A DNA stretch of 64,000 bases from Akkermansia muciniphila (lineage in GTDB: Bacteria; Verrucomicrobiota; Verrucomicrobiia; Opitutales; Opitutaceae), in contig CAMCZZ010000007.1 of assembly GCA_945888375.1 (NCBI GenBank), positions 689-64,688 on the forward strand, in the 5' to 3' direction. Position 1 is the first letter of the stretch, and each line of letters opens with the position of its first letter. Position numbers and translations under genes: made by a program. Below, piece by piece: positions 48,221 to 58,738 of the stretch. The notes beneath the pieces are model-generated. The model saw only the letters and a program-made list of their open reading frames with translations. It did no database searches and was not told where the DNA came from.

Positions 48221-49543
48221 TCAGAGGTGCAGTTTCAGGCCTTGGCGGAGGTAGGTGGGCACGTCGAGGTCCTGGCCTTCAAACAGATTGCGGTCGCTCT
48301 TTTCGAAAGTGCCACGCGTCTCGTGTTCGCCGAGAGTCAGTTCCACTTGATCGGCGGAGGTGGTGAGGGGGGCGATGGACCGCTCGCGGGAGGAGGATTT
48401 TTTTTCCGCTGGGGTAGAAAAGCCTGCGAGTGGTTCATCCGTGCGCACGGCGGCTGAGGCGACGGGACCGGTCAACGGCAGACCCTCGGCCGGCGTGGGC
48501 TCCGGGTTGCCCTGCGGGCGGTTTCTCGCGGTATTCCGGCGCGGGGTGAAAACGCGGGAGCCTGAGTCGCTCGTGCCGAGGACCATCAGTTCTACCCGGC
48601 CATGGCTGGTTTCGTCGATAACCGCACCCATCACGACGTGCGCTTCCCGGCCGAACTGCTCGGTCACGGCGGTCATGATTTCGTTGACCCGGGGCAGGGT
48701 GAGATCGGTGCCGCCCACGATGTTGACTAGGAGGCGATCAGCCTTGCGGGCAAATTCGGGCGTGGCGAGCAGGGGGCATAGTTTCAGGCTTTCCAGAGCC
48801 TCGCCCACGGGATTTTCGCCGGCACCGGTGCCCAGGCCAAAAAGGGTTTTTCCGCCGCGGGTGTGGAAGGACTGGCGCAGGGTGGCGAAGTCCAGATTGA
48901 TCAAGCCGGTGCGGAACATCATGGACCAGATCGATTTGACTCCGCGTCCTATCCACTCGTCGGCGCGGGCGAAAGAGTCGAGCACGGTCTCTCCGTCGGC
49001 GCCCTCTTGGAGGAGCAGATCATTGGAAAGCGGGATGACGGCATCGCAGGTTTTGCGCAGGGCGATCAGGCCTTCATCGGCTTGTTTGGCGCGGCGGCCG
49101 CCTTCGAAGCTGAAAGGCAGCGTGACGAAGGCGATGACCAGCGCGCCTTGCTCGGCGGCGATCTCGGCGACGGTGGGTGCGGCCCCGGAACCGGTGCCGC
49201 CGCCCATGCCTGCGAGCAGGAAGACCAGATCGCAGTCCTTCATCACGGCGGCGATTTTCTCGCGATCGGCCTCGGCGGCTTGCCGTCCGAGGTCGGGGTC
49301 GGCGCCGGCGCCGAGGCCTCGGGTCACCGATGCCCCGATCAGCACTTTGTCTTGAACGGGTGAGGTCGCGAGGGCCTGGGCGTCGGTATTGATCACGGCC
49401 ATCTGGAGACGGTCGAGATTCTCCATTTTCAGGCGGTCAACGGCATTGGCCCCGGCACCGCCCAAGCCGATGACCTTAATCGCGATGCGGCGATCGGTAA
49501 AAAGGTCGTCGGAGGCAGGCGATTCATTCTCGGCGGAGGACAT
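48221..49543 (-). CDS. ftsZ: Cell division protein FtsZ
   Basis: [17 protein letters not shown] and the tubulin signature [16 protein letters not shown] at 49543 preferred over the TTG at 49558. Confidence 0.95.
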   Translation of the reverse strand: MSSAENESPASDDLFTDRRIAIKVIGLGGAGANAVDRLKMENLDRLQMAVINTDAQALATSPVQDKVLIGASVTRGLGAGADPDLGRQAAEADREKIAAVMKDCDLVFLLAGMGGGTGSGAAPTVAEIAAEQGALVIAFVTLPFSFEGGRRAKQADEGLIALRKTCDAVIPLSNDLLLQEGADGETVLDSFARADEWIGRGVKSIWSMMFRTGLINLDFATLRQSFHTRGGKTLFGLGTGAGENPVGEALESLKLCPLLATPEFARKADRLLVNIVGGTDLTLPRVNEIMTAVTEQFGREAHVVMGAVIDETSHGRVELMVLGTSDSGSRVFTPRRNTARNRPQGNPEPTPAEGLPLTGPVASAAVRTDEPLAGFSTPAEKKSSSRERSIAPLTTSADQVELTLGEHETRGTFEKSDRNLFEGQDLDVPTYLRQGLKLHL

Positions 49544-49691
49544 GGTAAAAAGAGTCAACAGGCTGAGTTGAGGAGTCGGAAGGAGAAGGGGGCTGCCACC
49601 GGCATCCGGCGGGCGGCACGCGATTGCGGAAGAGAGGGGGGAAAGCGGAGCAGGTGGGGCCGGTTCCGGGGGCTGGTTCGCATTTCTCTCG

Positions 49692-50915
49692 TTATACCGA
49701 GGCGATACGGTCGAAGAAGTGTTTAACCTTGGCGCCGAGGCCGGCCGGGGGGAGCTGGCTGTTCACTTCATGTTGCTGGGAGATGCCTTGGTAAAGCAGG
49801 CCTAGCGCGGTGCTGTAAGAGGGGTGGCGCAGTGACTCGATGACTTGAACGTGAGGGGTGCCGATGCGGGCGGGCACTTCGAAAACCCGGGAGGCGGCGT
49901 CCTCGATCCCGGGCAGGGCGGAGGCTCCGCCGGTGAGCACCACCCCGGCGAGGGTCTCGCCGGGGGTGTAGAGTGCACCGAGTTTTTTCCGGACGACTTC
50001 GAGGGTCTCGCGTGTGCGGGCGGCGGCGATCTGCTCGATCGTCATGCGGGGAAAGCGGCGGTCGCCTATGCCCATGTCGCCATTCAGCCAGACGGAATCC
50101 GAGCGGTCCTTGGCCGTGATGGTGGCGCGGGCGTAGAGCAGTTTCATTTTCTCGGCCTGGCTCTCGGTGATGCGCAGCCCCAGCGCTAGGTCGTTGGTGA
50201 GGTGGGACCCGCCGACTGCAACGACACCGGCGAGGCAGGCGCGGCCCTGGCGATAGTAGGCGAAGTCGGTGGTGCCTCCGCCGAGGTCGATCACCAGCAC
50301 CCCGTGCTGGCGCTCCTCTTGGTCGGTCAGGATGTTGCCGGCGGCGAGACCGGAGAGGACGAGCTCGCTGACGGGCAGGTTGAAGTTTCGGATGATGTGC
50401 ACGCTATCGGCGATGCGATGCTGGTCGCCGTGCACGTGCCAGACGCCGACAGAAAGGCGGTCTCCGCGGATGTCTTCGGGGGAAGGGCTGAGCGCGCCAT
50501 CGAGGTAGTAGGGACGGCGGAGGAAGTGGACAATACACCGGCCGGGGGGCAGGGCTTTTTGTTTCGCCACGCGGTAGACTTCATCGATGTCGAGTTGGCT
50601 CACGCGACCTTCGAGACCGCCCACGTTTACGGTCGCTTCGTGGTAAAAGCCGTCGATATGGGCCCCGCTGTGCGCGAGGAACACCTGCTGAAGGCGGGCG
50701 CCGGCGGTTTTTTCGGCTCCGTCGATGGCTCGGTGGGTGGCCTCACCGGCGGCCTGGCTATCCACAATCGTGCCTTTCACCACGCCCCGGGAGGGGAACT
50801 CGCCGAAACCGATGACATTCAAGCCGGAGCCGGCCAACTCGCCGACCAGCACGGTTACCTTGGTGGTGCCGATTTCTATGGCGCCGACGATGCGGGATTT
50901 TGAGAAGGTGGCCAC
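49692..50915 (-). CDS. ftsA: Cell division protein FtsA
   Basis: A GTG at 50915 gives 407 aa and avoids overlap with ftsQ. Actin-fold motifs IEIGTTKVTVLVGE and VIDLGGGTTDFA. Confidence 0.88.
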   Translation of the reverse strand: MATFSKSRIVGAIEIGTTKVTVLVGELAGSGLNVIGFGEFPSRGVVKGTIVDSQAAGEATHRAIDGAEKTAGARLQQVFLAHSGAHIDGFYHEATVNVGGLEGRVSQLDIDEVYRVAKQKALPPGRCIVHFLRRPYYLDGALSPSPEDIRGDRLSVGVWHVHGDQHRIADSVHIIRNFNLPVSELVLSGLAAGNILTDQEERQHGVLVIDLGGGTTDFAYYRQGRACLAGVVAVGGSHLTNDLALGLRITESQAEKMKLLYARATITAKDRSDSVWLNGDMGIGDRRFPRMTIEQIAAARTRETLEVVRKKLGALYTPGETLAGVVLTGGASALPGIEDAASRVFEVPARIGTPHVQVIESLRHPSYSTALGLLYQGISQQHEVNSQLPPAGLGAKVKHFFDRIASV

Positions 50916-50952
50916 GGTGCGGTAGGGTGGGCGGAGGGCTCCGGCGGGAAGG

Positions 50953-51963
50953 TCAGGGGTGGAAGAAAATACGGGGTGCGCGGGGGGCTTCGGTTGCCCG
51001 CGGAGCCTGGCGCGACGCGGCGGGTTTGGGCGCCGTTGGCGCGTCTTCGAAGGCGACAGGCACTTGGCGGCCGCCGACCGAAAGATCGATGGAGCGAATC
51101 GGTGCCGCGCCGGCGGGGCGGGCACGGAGTTGTTCTAGGATGTAGTCGAGGCGGGCGAGCTGGAGGTAAAAATCATCACGTGTGCCAAACGCGATCTCGG
51201 CTACTTCGGGAGTGCGGACGAGAATGACGCCGTCGCGGGCGAAGCGGGCGAGGGATACTACCTGAAAATCCTTGGCGAGGGCGGGGGCCGAGGAGCGAGC
51301 GGTGCCGAGCAGGGAGGCGACTGGCTCCATGCCTTCGATCAGGGCAAAGCCGTGTCCAGCGGGATTGCGCTCCGGGGTGATACCGGCGAGGAGAGGCAGG
51401 TTTTCGACGAGGTGGGCCGGGTAGAGTTCGCCGGAAAAGAGGAAACCATCCCTTGCGACATAGAGCTGGTCGTGACCGGCGGCCGCGTTCTCCACCCCGG
51501 GCCGGATGTGCGCACGCAGCACGGGGCTGCGCTCCTCGATGATGACGGCGAGGACGTCAGGAAAACGGCGGGCCAGCACGGCGGTGCGGATCTGGCCGGA
51601 TTGGAGCAGGCGGTCGCGCAGGGCGGCGAGGTCGAGCTTCATCAGGCCGGCCTGGCGGTCGATGTTGAGCGTCTGCTCCACCCAGGCGCGGGTGAGCACG
51701 CCGTCGGTGCGCAGGGCGATCTCCCGCACCGGACTGGAAGAGGCGGGGGCGGCGAGCACCGCCGGGTTGTCACGCCAGGCGCGCCAGCCGATGTATCCGA
51801 AAATCACGCACGCAGCGGCCGCGCCGATCGCGGCCCAGTGGCGCACGCTGGCCAGTGCCAGACGGCGCCGGGTCGCGCCGTGACGCGGCCGCGGGGGCGT
51901 GTCTTGGATAACGACATCCCTCCACGTAGGAGCGGTTTGCCTGATGTGGGGAGCTTGGTTCAC
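50953..51963 (-). CDS. ftsQ: Cell division protein FtsQ (POTRA-containing)
   Basis: Single N-terminal TM (WAAIGAAAACVIFGYIGW) followed by a periplasmic domain. Position between ddl and ftsA. Its GTG start overlaps the ddl stop. Confidence 0.75.
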   Translation of the reverse strand: MNQAPHIRQTAPTWRDVVIQDTPPRPRHGATRRRLALASVRHWAAIGAAAACVIFGYIGWRAWRDNPAVLAAPASSSPVREIALRTDGVLTRAWVEQTLNIDRQAGLMKLDLAALRDRLLQSGQIRTAVLARRFPDVLAVIIEERSPVLRAHIRPGVENAAAGHDQLYVARDGFLFSGELYPAHLVENLPLLAGITPERNPAGHGFALIEGMEPVASLLGTARSSAPALAKDFQVVSLARFARDGVILVRTPEVAEIAFGTRDDFYLQLARLDYILEQLRARPAGAAPIRSIDLSVGGRQVPVAFEDAPTAPKPAASRQAPRATEAPRAPRIFFHP

Positions 51964-52904
51964 GAATGTTGGGAAAGTAGTCTCTCCTGGAAACGGCGCA
52001 CAGCGGGACCGACCAATCCTTTGACTAACTCCGTGAAATCCAGCCCCGCACAGCGCGCGCTCATCGGGAGGAGACTGGTTTCTTTCATGCCGGGAAGCGT
52101 GTTGATTTCCAGCAGATAAAACTCCTTGGCTGAAATTAGAATAAAGTCCGCGCGGGCATAGTCACGGCAGCCGCACGCCGCAAAGGCGCGCTCGGCGGCA
52201 AGGCGCACGGCGGTGGCGGCTTCTTCCGGCAGCGGGGCGGGCGCGAAATACTCGGTGGCGCCTTTCATGTATTTGCTGACGAAATCATAGACGCCGGAGC
52301 GAGGCCGGATCTCCACCACGCCCAGGGCGGAGCCGTTCAGCACCCCCACGGAAAGCTCGCGTCCGATCAGGCGGGGCTCCGCCAGCCATGAACCGGGGGT
52401 GAGGGCGGCGAGCGCGGAGGCAAGGGCGGCTCGGCCTTCAGGTAGCGCGAGCCCCACCGAGGAGCCCTGGTCGTTGGGTTTGAGCACCAGGTTCTCCGTG
52501 CCGAGTGCGGTGATCAGGGCGTCGGCCCCGGGTAACTCTCCGGGCACCTGGAAGGTGGCGTCTGCAGCCACCCGGACGCCCGCGGCGGAGGCGGCGCGTT
52601 TGGTGGCAGCCTTGTCCATGGTGAGAGCGGAGGAGGCGGCATCGCAACCGGCGTAGACGATGCCGGCGGCATCAAGCAGCCGTTGCATGCCGCCGTCTTC
52701 GCCGAAGGTGCCGTGCAGCGTGGAGAAAATAATGTCGCGGGCGGGATCCAGCCCGGGCGGCAGGCTGGCCGCGGTGACGTCGAGCAAGCGGGTGGGCCAG
52801 AGTCTGGCAAGGGCGGCGGCGGAGGCGGCGCCGGAGCCGAGCGAGACTTCGCGCTCAGAGGAAACTCCGCCGGCAAGCACGGTTATGCGGAAGGGATGGG
52901 ACAT
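51960..52904 (-). CDS. ddl: D-alanine--D-alanine ligase
   Basis: ITVLAGGVSSEREVSLGSG, HGTFGEDGGMQRLLD, LLEINTLPGM. Confidence 0.92.
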   Translation of the reverse strand: MSHPFRITVLAGGVSSEREVSLGSGAASAAALARLWPTRLLDVTAASLPPGLDPARDIIFSTLHGTFGEDGGMQRLLDAAGIVYAGCDAASSALTMDKAATKRAASAAGVRVAADATFQVPGELPGADALITALGTENLVLKPNDQGSSVGLALPEGRAALASALAALTPGSWLAEPRLIGRELSVGVLNGSALGVVEIRPRSGVYDFVSKYMKGATEYFAPAPLPEEAATAVRLAAERAFAACGCRDYARADFILISAKEFYLLEINTLPGMKETSLLPMSARCAGLDFTELVKGLVGPAVRRFQERLLSQHS

Positions 52905-53002
52905 GAAAAAAGGCAGGTTGGAGCGGGTGGTGGGTTAAGGCAGCCCCTAGTCCGAGGCGGGCGGCGGATCTTTAGTTTAGCGGTCTGGCCGTGGGCCGGG
53001 GT

Positions 53003-55336
53003 TTACAGCACGTCCTTCCATTCGCGACCGTAGAGCAGGACTTCGGGTTCGAGGCGGATACCATGGGTTTTTTCGACGCTGGCCCGGACGCGGCGGATCA
53101 GGGTGATGACATCCGTGGCGCTGGCGTGCTCGTGATTGACGATAAAATTCGCGTGGACGGGCGAGACCTCGGCAGCGCCCTCCCGCGTGCCCTTCAGCCC
53201 GGCAGCGTCGATCAGACGGCCGGCCGAGTCACCGGTCGGGTTTTTGAAAATACACCCGGCGGAGGGTTGCCGGGGTTGGGATTTTTTTCGTTTTTCGCGG
53301 TAGACCTCGATTTGGTGGGACACGCTCTCGCTTGGAATGGAGGCGGCGGGCTGGAGGATGGCGGCGGTAGCGATGGCGTTTTCCAGTTCGGCACAGTGAC
53401 GATAATCTACGTGCATTGCCGACTTCGGCAGCGTGCGGACCTCGCCTTCGAGGGTGATGAATTCGACGCTCTCCACCACGTCGAACATCCAGCCGCCCAT
53501 CGCGCCCGCGTTCATGCGCAGGGCTCCGCCGATGTTGCCGGGGATGCCTTCGAGAAACTCAAAGCCGCCGAGACCCGCCTTGCTGGCGAGACCGCAAAGA
53601 TTTTTCAGCCGGAGGCCGGCGCCGACCCTGACTCTGCCGTCCGGCAGGGGGGTAAAGCTTTCCCAGGATGGATGGCGGAGGCTGACGACCAAGGCGTCCA
53701 CGCCGGCGTCAGGCACGAGCAGGTTGGAGCCGCGCCCGAGCGGGAGCAGGCGGATACCGAGCGTGTGCGCGGCGCGAACCAAGTGGAGGAGGTCCTCTGG
53801 GTGGGCGGGTTCGGCGTAGAGACGGGCGGCGCCGCCGACCTTCAGGGTGGTGCGGGTGGCCAGCGGGGCTTCGCGCAAGAGCGGGGTGGACGGGGAGACG
53901 GTGGCGGCAAGGGACGCGGCCACCCGATCCCACCAGTGGGCGGCATCCCGGTTGGCGAGCCAAACACGGGCGGAGACGTCGAGGTCGCCCGCGCCGATAA
54001 GCGCCACGAGGTCGCCCGGGCATAGTTCGGCGGAGAGGCGGGCAAAGGACTCGGCCTGCCCGCCGGGCAGATAGGTGAGAGAAAGCGAGGGGTGCGCGGC
54101 CGCGAGGTCGGCGGCGAGATCGGCACTGGTGCCGCCGGGCAAGGGGCTTTCGCCCGCGCCATAGACGTCGAGCAGGGTCACGGCATCGGCCCGGGCAAGG
54201 GCGGAGACGAAGGCCGGGCGAAAGCGCTCGGTCCGGCTGAAGCGATGCGGTTGGAAAACGACCCGCAGACGACCCTTGGCGGGCACGCGGGAGCGGAGAC
54301 TGGCGAGCAGGGCGGCGATCTCAGCCGGGTGGTGGGCGTAATCCTCGATCACCACCAAACCGGCATTGCTCTCCAAAATACCCTGGCGCCGGCGGACTCC
54401 AGGATAGCGGGCGAGCAGGCTGCCCTGAAGGGGGGCGCCGAGCAGGGCGGTGGCGGCCAGAGCGGCGGTGGCGTTGAGGGCGTTAAAATCCCCCAAGGCG
54501 CGCACCTTGGCCACGGCCAGGGCGGGCAGAAACCTTCCGCCCAAGTTTAGGGTGAGTCCGAGGGGGCCGTCGTTTTGGTGGGAAAGCAGGGCGTAGTCAC
54601 CTCCTTGGCCGAAGGTGGATACCTCGGGCCGTTCCTTGGCAAGCGCGAGGGAACGCGGGCAGGCGGCGTTGAGCAAAACCGGGCCGGAGGTGCGCGCGAC
54701 GAGGGCGGAGAAGGCGGCGAGCAGGTCCGCTTCGGCCGGGTAATGATCCGGGTGATCCCAGTCCAAATTGACCACTAAACAAAGGCTGGGTGCGAACTCC
54801 TTGATGGTGCCATCGCTCTCGTCGATCTCGGCCACCAGCCAGGGGTCGCGTCCGGCGGCGGCAGGCGGCACGGAGTCGTCGCCAAACAGTCCGCCCCCCA
54901 CATAACCGGGCTCCTGGCCGGCGGCGCGCAGAGCGGTGATGAGCATCGCGGTGGTGGTGGTCTTCCCGTGGGAACCGCACACGGCGACCAGGCGGCGGTG
55001 ACGGGCCAACTCCGCCAGCAGTTCTCCCCGGCGCACCGCCGGCAGACCCCTTGCCCGGGCGGCGGCGAGGCCGGGGTGTGCCTCGGGAATGGCCGAGGAA
55101 AACACGATCAAGTCCGTCTCTTCTGGAAGTATGTCGGCCGCACCCAAGATGACGCCGGCACTAGCCAAGTGGGCGGCCATGGCGCCGGCCGGGCCATCAT
55201 CCGCGCCGGTCACGTTGAAACCGAGGCCGGCGGCGTAGATAGCGAGGGGGCCTAGGCCCATGCCGGCCACGCCGATGCAATGCAAGTTGCGCACGGGGCG
55301 TCCGAAAAGCGGGGGCAGGGGGCTGGTGGCGTTCAT
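53003..55336 (-). CDS. murC: Bifunctional MurC (UDP-MurNAc--L-Ala ligase) / MurB (UDP-GlcNAc-enolpyruvate reductase) fusion
   Basis: 777 aa. The N-terminal part has HCIGVAGMGLGPLA and the VCGSHGKTTTTAM P-loop (MurC). The C-terminal ~300 aa has TTLKVGGAARLYAEP...LPLGRGSNLLV FAD-binding (MurB) and the NHEHASATDVITLI tail. Confidence 0.85.
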   Translation of the reverse strand: MNATSPLPPLFGRPVRNLHCIGVAGMGLGPLAIYAAGLGFNVTGADDGPAGAMAAHLASAGVILGAADILPEETDLIVFSSAIPEAHPGLAAARARGLPAVRRGELLAELARHRRLVAVCGSHGKTTTTAMLITALRAAGQEPGYVGGGLFGDDSVPPAAAGRDPWLVAEIDESDGTIKEFAPSLCLVVNLDWDHPDHYPAEADLLAAFSALVARTSGPVLLNAACPRSLALAKERPEVSTFGQGGDYALLSHQNDGPLGLTLNLGGRFLPALAVAKVRALGDFNALNATAALAATALLGAPLQGSLLARYPGVRRRQGILESNAGLVVIEDYAHHPAEIAALLASLRSRVPAKGRLRVVFQPHRFSRTERFRPAFVSALARADAVTLLDVYGAGESPLPGGTSADLAADLAAAHPSLSLTYLPGGQAESFARLSAELCPGDLVALIGAGDLDVSARVWLANRDAAHWWDRVAASLAATVSPSTPLLREAPLATRTTLKVGGAARLYAEPAHPEDLLHLVRAAHTLGIRLLPLGRGSNLLVPDAGVDALVVSLRHPSWESFTPLPDGRVRVGAGLRLKNLCGLASKAGLGGFEFLEGIPGNIGGALRMNAGAMGGWMFDVVESVEFITLEGEVRTLPKSAMHVDYRHCAELENAIATAAILQPAASIPSESVSHQIEVYREKRKKSQPRQPSAGCIFKNPTGDSAGRLIDAAGLKGTREGAAEVSPVHANFIVNHEHASATDVITLIRRVRASVEKTHGIRLEPEVLLYGREWKDVL

Positions 55337-56463
55337 GCGGCGGCGGCCGTGCGGGCGGCGGGGCGGGGGGCGACCAGGGCGTCTAGATCTTCGAGGATAA
55401 AATCCAAGGCGGGGCGGACAGCCAGACGGGCGAGGGCGGCGCGGTGGGCGGAGAGAATGCCGGGTCCGGCCAGCAATGCGACTGCGCGCGGGGTCAGTTG
55501 CGCGAGGGCGTCCTGTTCGAGCACCACGCCCCCGCCCTGGGCGGCGAACCAGGCGGCGTTTGCCCGCTGGTGGTCATCGGCGGCCTGGGGGTAGGGCACG
55601 AGAATCGCGGGCGAGCCGATGCGGGCGAACTCGGCCAGACTGCCCGCGCCGGCGCGGGCGACAACGAGATCGGCGGCGGAGAGAAGCGCGGCCACGTCGT
55701 CGCAAAACGGTATCCAAACTGCACGCACAGGTTGTCCGTCGGGGCCGGTGGCGGTGGTGATTTCGGCGTCGCCTTTACCCAGGCCCGTTACACAGGCGAG
55801 TTGCACGTTGCGGGCGGCCAGTTCCCCCGCTGCGGCGCGGGCCCACGCATTCAGCGGGGTCGCGCCTTGGCTGCCGCCAAACACCACAAGGATTTTTCTG
55901 GCTGGGTCGAGGCCGAGCCGGGCGGCGGCCCCGGAGCGCGGCAGGGCGGTGATTTCGGCGCGCACGGGCAGGCCGGCGGCGCGGACCTTGGTGGTGGGCA
56001 CGCCGGGTAAGGTGACGCCGGGCGGCAGGTAAACCCGTCGGGCGAGACGGGCGAGATGCCGGACGGCTTTGCCGGGCACACGGTTGGCTTCATGCAGGGC
56101 GACGGGCACACCGTGCAGGGCGCCGGCCAGGATCACGCTCGCGGTGGTGAAGCCCCCGAACCCGATGATCGCGGCGGGGCGGAGCGTGCGCACCAGCCCG
56201 AGACCGGCGGCAAAGCCCTTTGACTGGGTGAAGAGGAAACGCGCCAGCACTCTGGGCGAGGCGCCGAGGGGCGAGCCGGGGATGGGGGTAAAGTGCAGGG
56301 CGGGGTATTTGGCCGCCAGCCGGGCATCCACCTGCTTTTCGCTGATTAGGAGCACCGCCCGGTCACCGCGCGCGACGAGACCCTCGGCCAGAGCAATGCC
56401 CGGGGACAGGTGACCGCCGGTGCCGCCACACGAGAGCAGGTAAGTGCGCGGGTTTGCGGTCAT
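55333..56463 (-). CDS. murG: UDP-GlcNAc:lipid I GlcNAc transferase MurG
   Basis: SCGGTGGHLSPGIALAE, VFGGSQGA. Confidence 0.92.
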   Translation of the reverse strand: MTANPRTYLLSCGGTGGHLSPGIALAEGLVARGDRAVLLISEKQVDARLAAKYPALHFTPIPGSPLGASPRVLARFLFTQSKGFAAGLGLVRTLRPAAIIGFGGFTTASVILAGALHGVPVALHEANRVPGKAVRHLARLARRVYLPPGVTLPGVPTTKVRAAGLPVRAEITALPRSGAAARLGLDPARKILVVFGGSQGATPLNAWARAAAGELAARNVQLACVTGLGKGDAEITTATGPDGQPVRAVWIPFCDDVAALLSAADLVVARAGAGSLAEFARIGSPAILVPYPQAADDHQRANAAWFAAQGGGVVLEQDALAQLTPRAVALLAGPGILSAHRAALARLAVRPALDFILEDLDALVAPRPAARTAAAA

Positions 56464-57617
56464 CAGCTGAAATCACGGTTGCCGGGGAGCACGTCTTCGC
56501 GGAGCCAGGCGCGTCTGGTGTTGATGAGCAGTCCGACGATTATCCCCATCAGCACCAGATTAGACATCCCGGCGCTGACGAAGGGAAGGGACATGCCCTT
56601 GGTGGGCAGGCGGCCGACCACTACCCCTAGATTAATGATGGCTTGCAGCGCCACGATCAGAAGAGCGCCGGCCACCAGCAGAAACTGGAATTGGTTGGGG
56701 GCGCGACGCAGATGGAGCACACCGCAGACGAAAAAGAGGAGAAAGGTCAGCACGGTTGCCAGCGTGACGACTAGGCCCAGTTCCTCGCCGACGACGGCGA
56801 AGATAAAGTCGGTGTGGGCTTCGGGCAGGAAATACACCTGCTGGCGCCCCTGGCCGAGGCCGGCCCCGGTAAGTCCCCCGGCGGCGAACCCGAGGAAGCT
56901 TTGATAAACTTGGTAGGTGCCGGCCTGTTTGTTGCCCTCCACGTCAAGGAAGGCGGTGAGGCGGGTGAGGCGATTGGGGTTGAGCGCGACGGCTACGGCC
57001 AAGAGTGCAGCCATGCCGGTGATCGAGGTTGTGATGTAGCGCCAGCGGGCGCCGGCTAGGAAGAGCAGGGCGACGCCGACCGCGCCTACCAGGGCGGTGG
57101 TGCCGAAGTCCGGTTGCAGCATGATGGGGCCGGCGATGCCTCCGATAATCAAGATCGGCAGGACGAAGCCACGCTTCAGGTTTCCCATCAGCGACTGATT
57201 CAGCGCCAGATAGTGGGCGAGGACGAAAACGATTCCGATTTTCGCCAACTCGGAGACTTGGAACCGGATGGGCCCCAACCCCAGCCAGCGGCGGGAGCCG
57301 TTCACGCTGATACCGATGTGCGGGATCGCGACGAGCACGAGGAGGCCGACCACACCCCACGCGAGCAGCCAAACATAGCGACGGCAGAGCTCCAGATCGA
57401 TGCGGGCGACCGTCCAGGCGGTGCCGACGCCGATACCAATGCCCAGCACCTGCTTCCAGAAAAAGGCGGAAGACTTGTAGGCCGTCGCGCTGAACACGGC
57501 GATCAACCCTAGGGTGCAGAGGGCGGCGACGCACACCAACATCACCGCAACCGGGTTGAAGCCCACGCGAGGGCCCGGGGCGGAGGGATCCGGCAAATCT
57601 AAATCGCGTGCGGTCAC
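56463..57617 (-). CDS. ftsW: SEDS-family peptidoglycan polymerase FtsW
   Basis: 10-TM SEDS pattern. RRWLGLGPIRFQVSELAKI, LPEAHTDFIFAVVGEELG, GRLPTKGMSLPFVSAG. Confidence 0.9.
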   Translation of the reverse strand: MTARDLDLPDPSAPGPRVGFNPVAVMLVCVAALCTLGLIAVFSATAYKSSAFFWKQVLGIGIGVGTAWTVARIDLELCRRYVWLLAWGVVGLLVLVAIPHIGISVNGSRRWLGLGPIRFQVSELAKIGIVFVLAHYLALNQSLMGNLKRGFVLPILIIGGIAGPIMLQPDFGTTALVGAVGVALLFLAGARWRYITTSITGMAALLAVAVALNPNRLTRLTAFLDVEGNKQAGTYQVYQSFLGFAAGGLTGAGLGQGRQQVYFLPEAHTDFIFAVVGEELGLVVTLATVLTFLLFFVCGVLHLRRAPNQFQFLLVAGALLIVALQAIINLGVVVGRLPTKGMSLPFVSAGMSNLVLMGIIVGLLINTRRAWLREDVLPGNRDFS

Positions 57618-57649
57618 GGGAGTTAAGGTGCAGCCGGCTGGACCGGTAT

Positions 57650-58684
57650 TCAGTCGATGCGGATAACGGGCACGGGCATCGACTCGATGGCGCCCGGAAC
57701 GGGCTCGACCGGGGTGATCGGGGTGCTGACGGGGGCCGGTTCGGCGGCTCCGCCCGCGCTCGGGGTCGTCACGGTTTTGGCGGGTGCGGTCGTTTTGGCG
57801 CCCGCAGGCAATTTCAGGACCTGCCCGACGCGGAGTTTGGCGGGGTCGGTGATGTTATTGAGCAAGGCGAGTTCGCCGACCTTGACACCGGCCTTGCGGG
57901 CGATGGAGCCGAGGGTGTCGCCCGGAATCACCGTGTGGCTGCCGGAGCCGGCTTTGGGGGCGGGCGTGGGGGCGGGGGCGGACGCGGCCTCGGCGGAGGC
58001 GGGCGGGGTGGCGTTCCCCGGGATCACCAGCTTCTGGCCGATGCGCAGGACATCCCCTGAAAGATTATTGGCGGTCCGCAGGTTGGCGATGGTAGTGCCT
58101 TGTTTGCGGGCGATGGAGCCGAGGGTATCGCCGGATTTCACCGCATAGGTGTTGTTGGCTTCGGGCGCGGCGGCGGCGGCTTTGCTCGGGACGAGGAGGG
58201 ACTGGCCGAGGCGCAGGGTGGCGGAAGGAGCGAGTTGGTTCGCGGCGGAGAGTTCGGCCACGGACACGCCGTATTTCCTGGCGATGGACCACAGGCTGTC
58301 GCCTTTGGCCACGACATGGCTGGACGGGGAGGCGGGAACCGGCGCGGGTGCGGCCTCGACGATGGCCGCGGGCCGGCCGGGGGCGAAGCGCACGGCGACA
58401 TCGACTGAGGCAGGGGTGCTTGCGGTGTTCTCCACCGGAGTGACTGGGGTGACGGGCGTGCTGGCGAGGGGGGGAGCACCGGCGTTGATGTCGTTATTGC
58501 TCATCGGGGCGACGGGGGTGGCCTCGATCGCTTCGCCCTGACTGGCGGTGGGCCCGGCGGCGAGGGTGTCCTCGGGTTTGGGCTTGGGCTTGCCAGTGGA
58601 GCGGCAGCCGGGCGTGGACATGAGGATGGTGAGGACGGCGACGTGGGCGCCGACGACGATACCGAATACTTTTTGTAGTTTCAT
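57650..58684 (-). CDS. Lipoprotein with three LysM peptidoglycan-binding repeats
   Basis: Lipobox-like LMSTPGC. Three LysM units (HVVAKGDSLWSIARKYGVSVAELSAAN, YAVKSGDTLGSIARKQGTTIANLRTAN, HTVIPGDTLGSIARKAGVKVGELALLN) separated by Ala/Pro linkers. Confidence 0.8.
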   Translation of the reverse strand: MKLQKVFGIVVGAHVAVLTILMSTPGCRSTGKPKPKPEDTLAAGPTASQGEAIEATPVAPMSNNDINAGAPPLASTPVTPVTPVENTASTPASVDVAVRFAPGRPAAIVEAAPAPVPASPSSHVVAKGDSLWSIARKYGVSVAELSAANQLAPSATLRLGQSLLVPSKAAAAAPEANNTYAVKSGDTLGSIARKQGTTIANLRTANNLSGDVLRIGQKLVIPGNATPPASAEAASAPAPTPAPKAGSGSHTVIPGDTLGSIARKAGVKVGELALLNNITDPAKLRVGQVLKLPAGAKTTAPAKTVTTPSAGGAAEPAPVSTPITPVEPVPGAIESMPVPVIRID

Positions 58685-58738
58685 AGAGTGGGATGGTTCG
58701 GGTCCAAGGGGTTTTGGGGAGGATGCAGCGGCGGGCGT

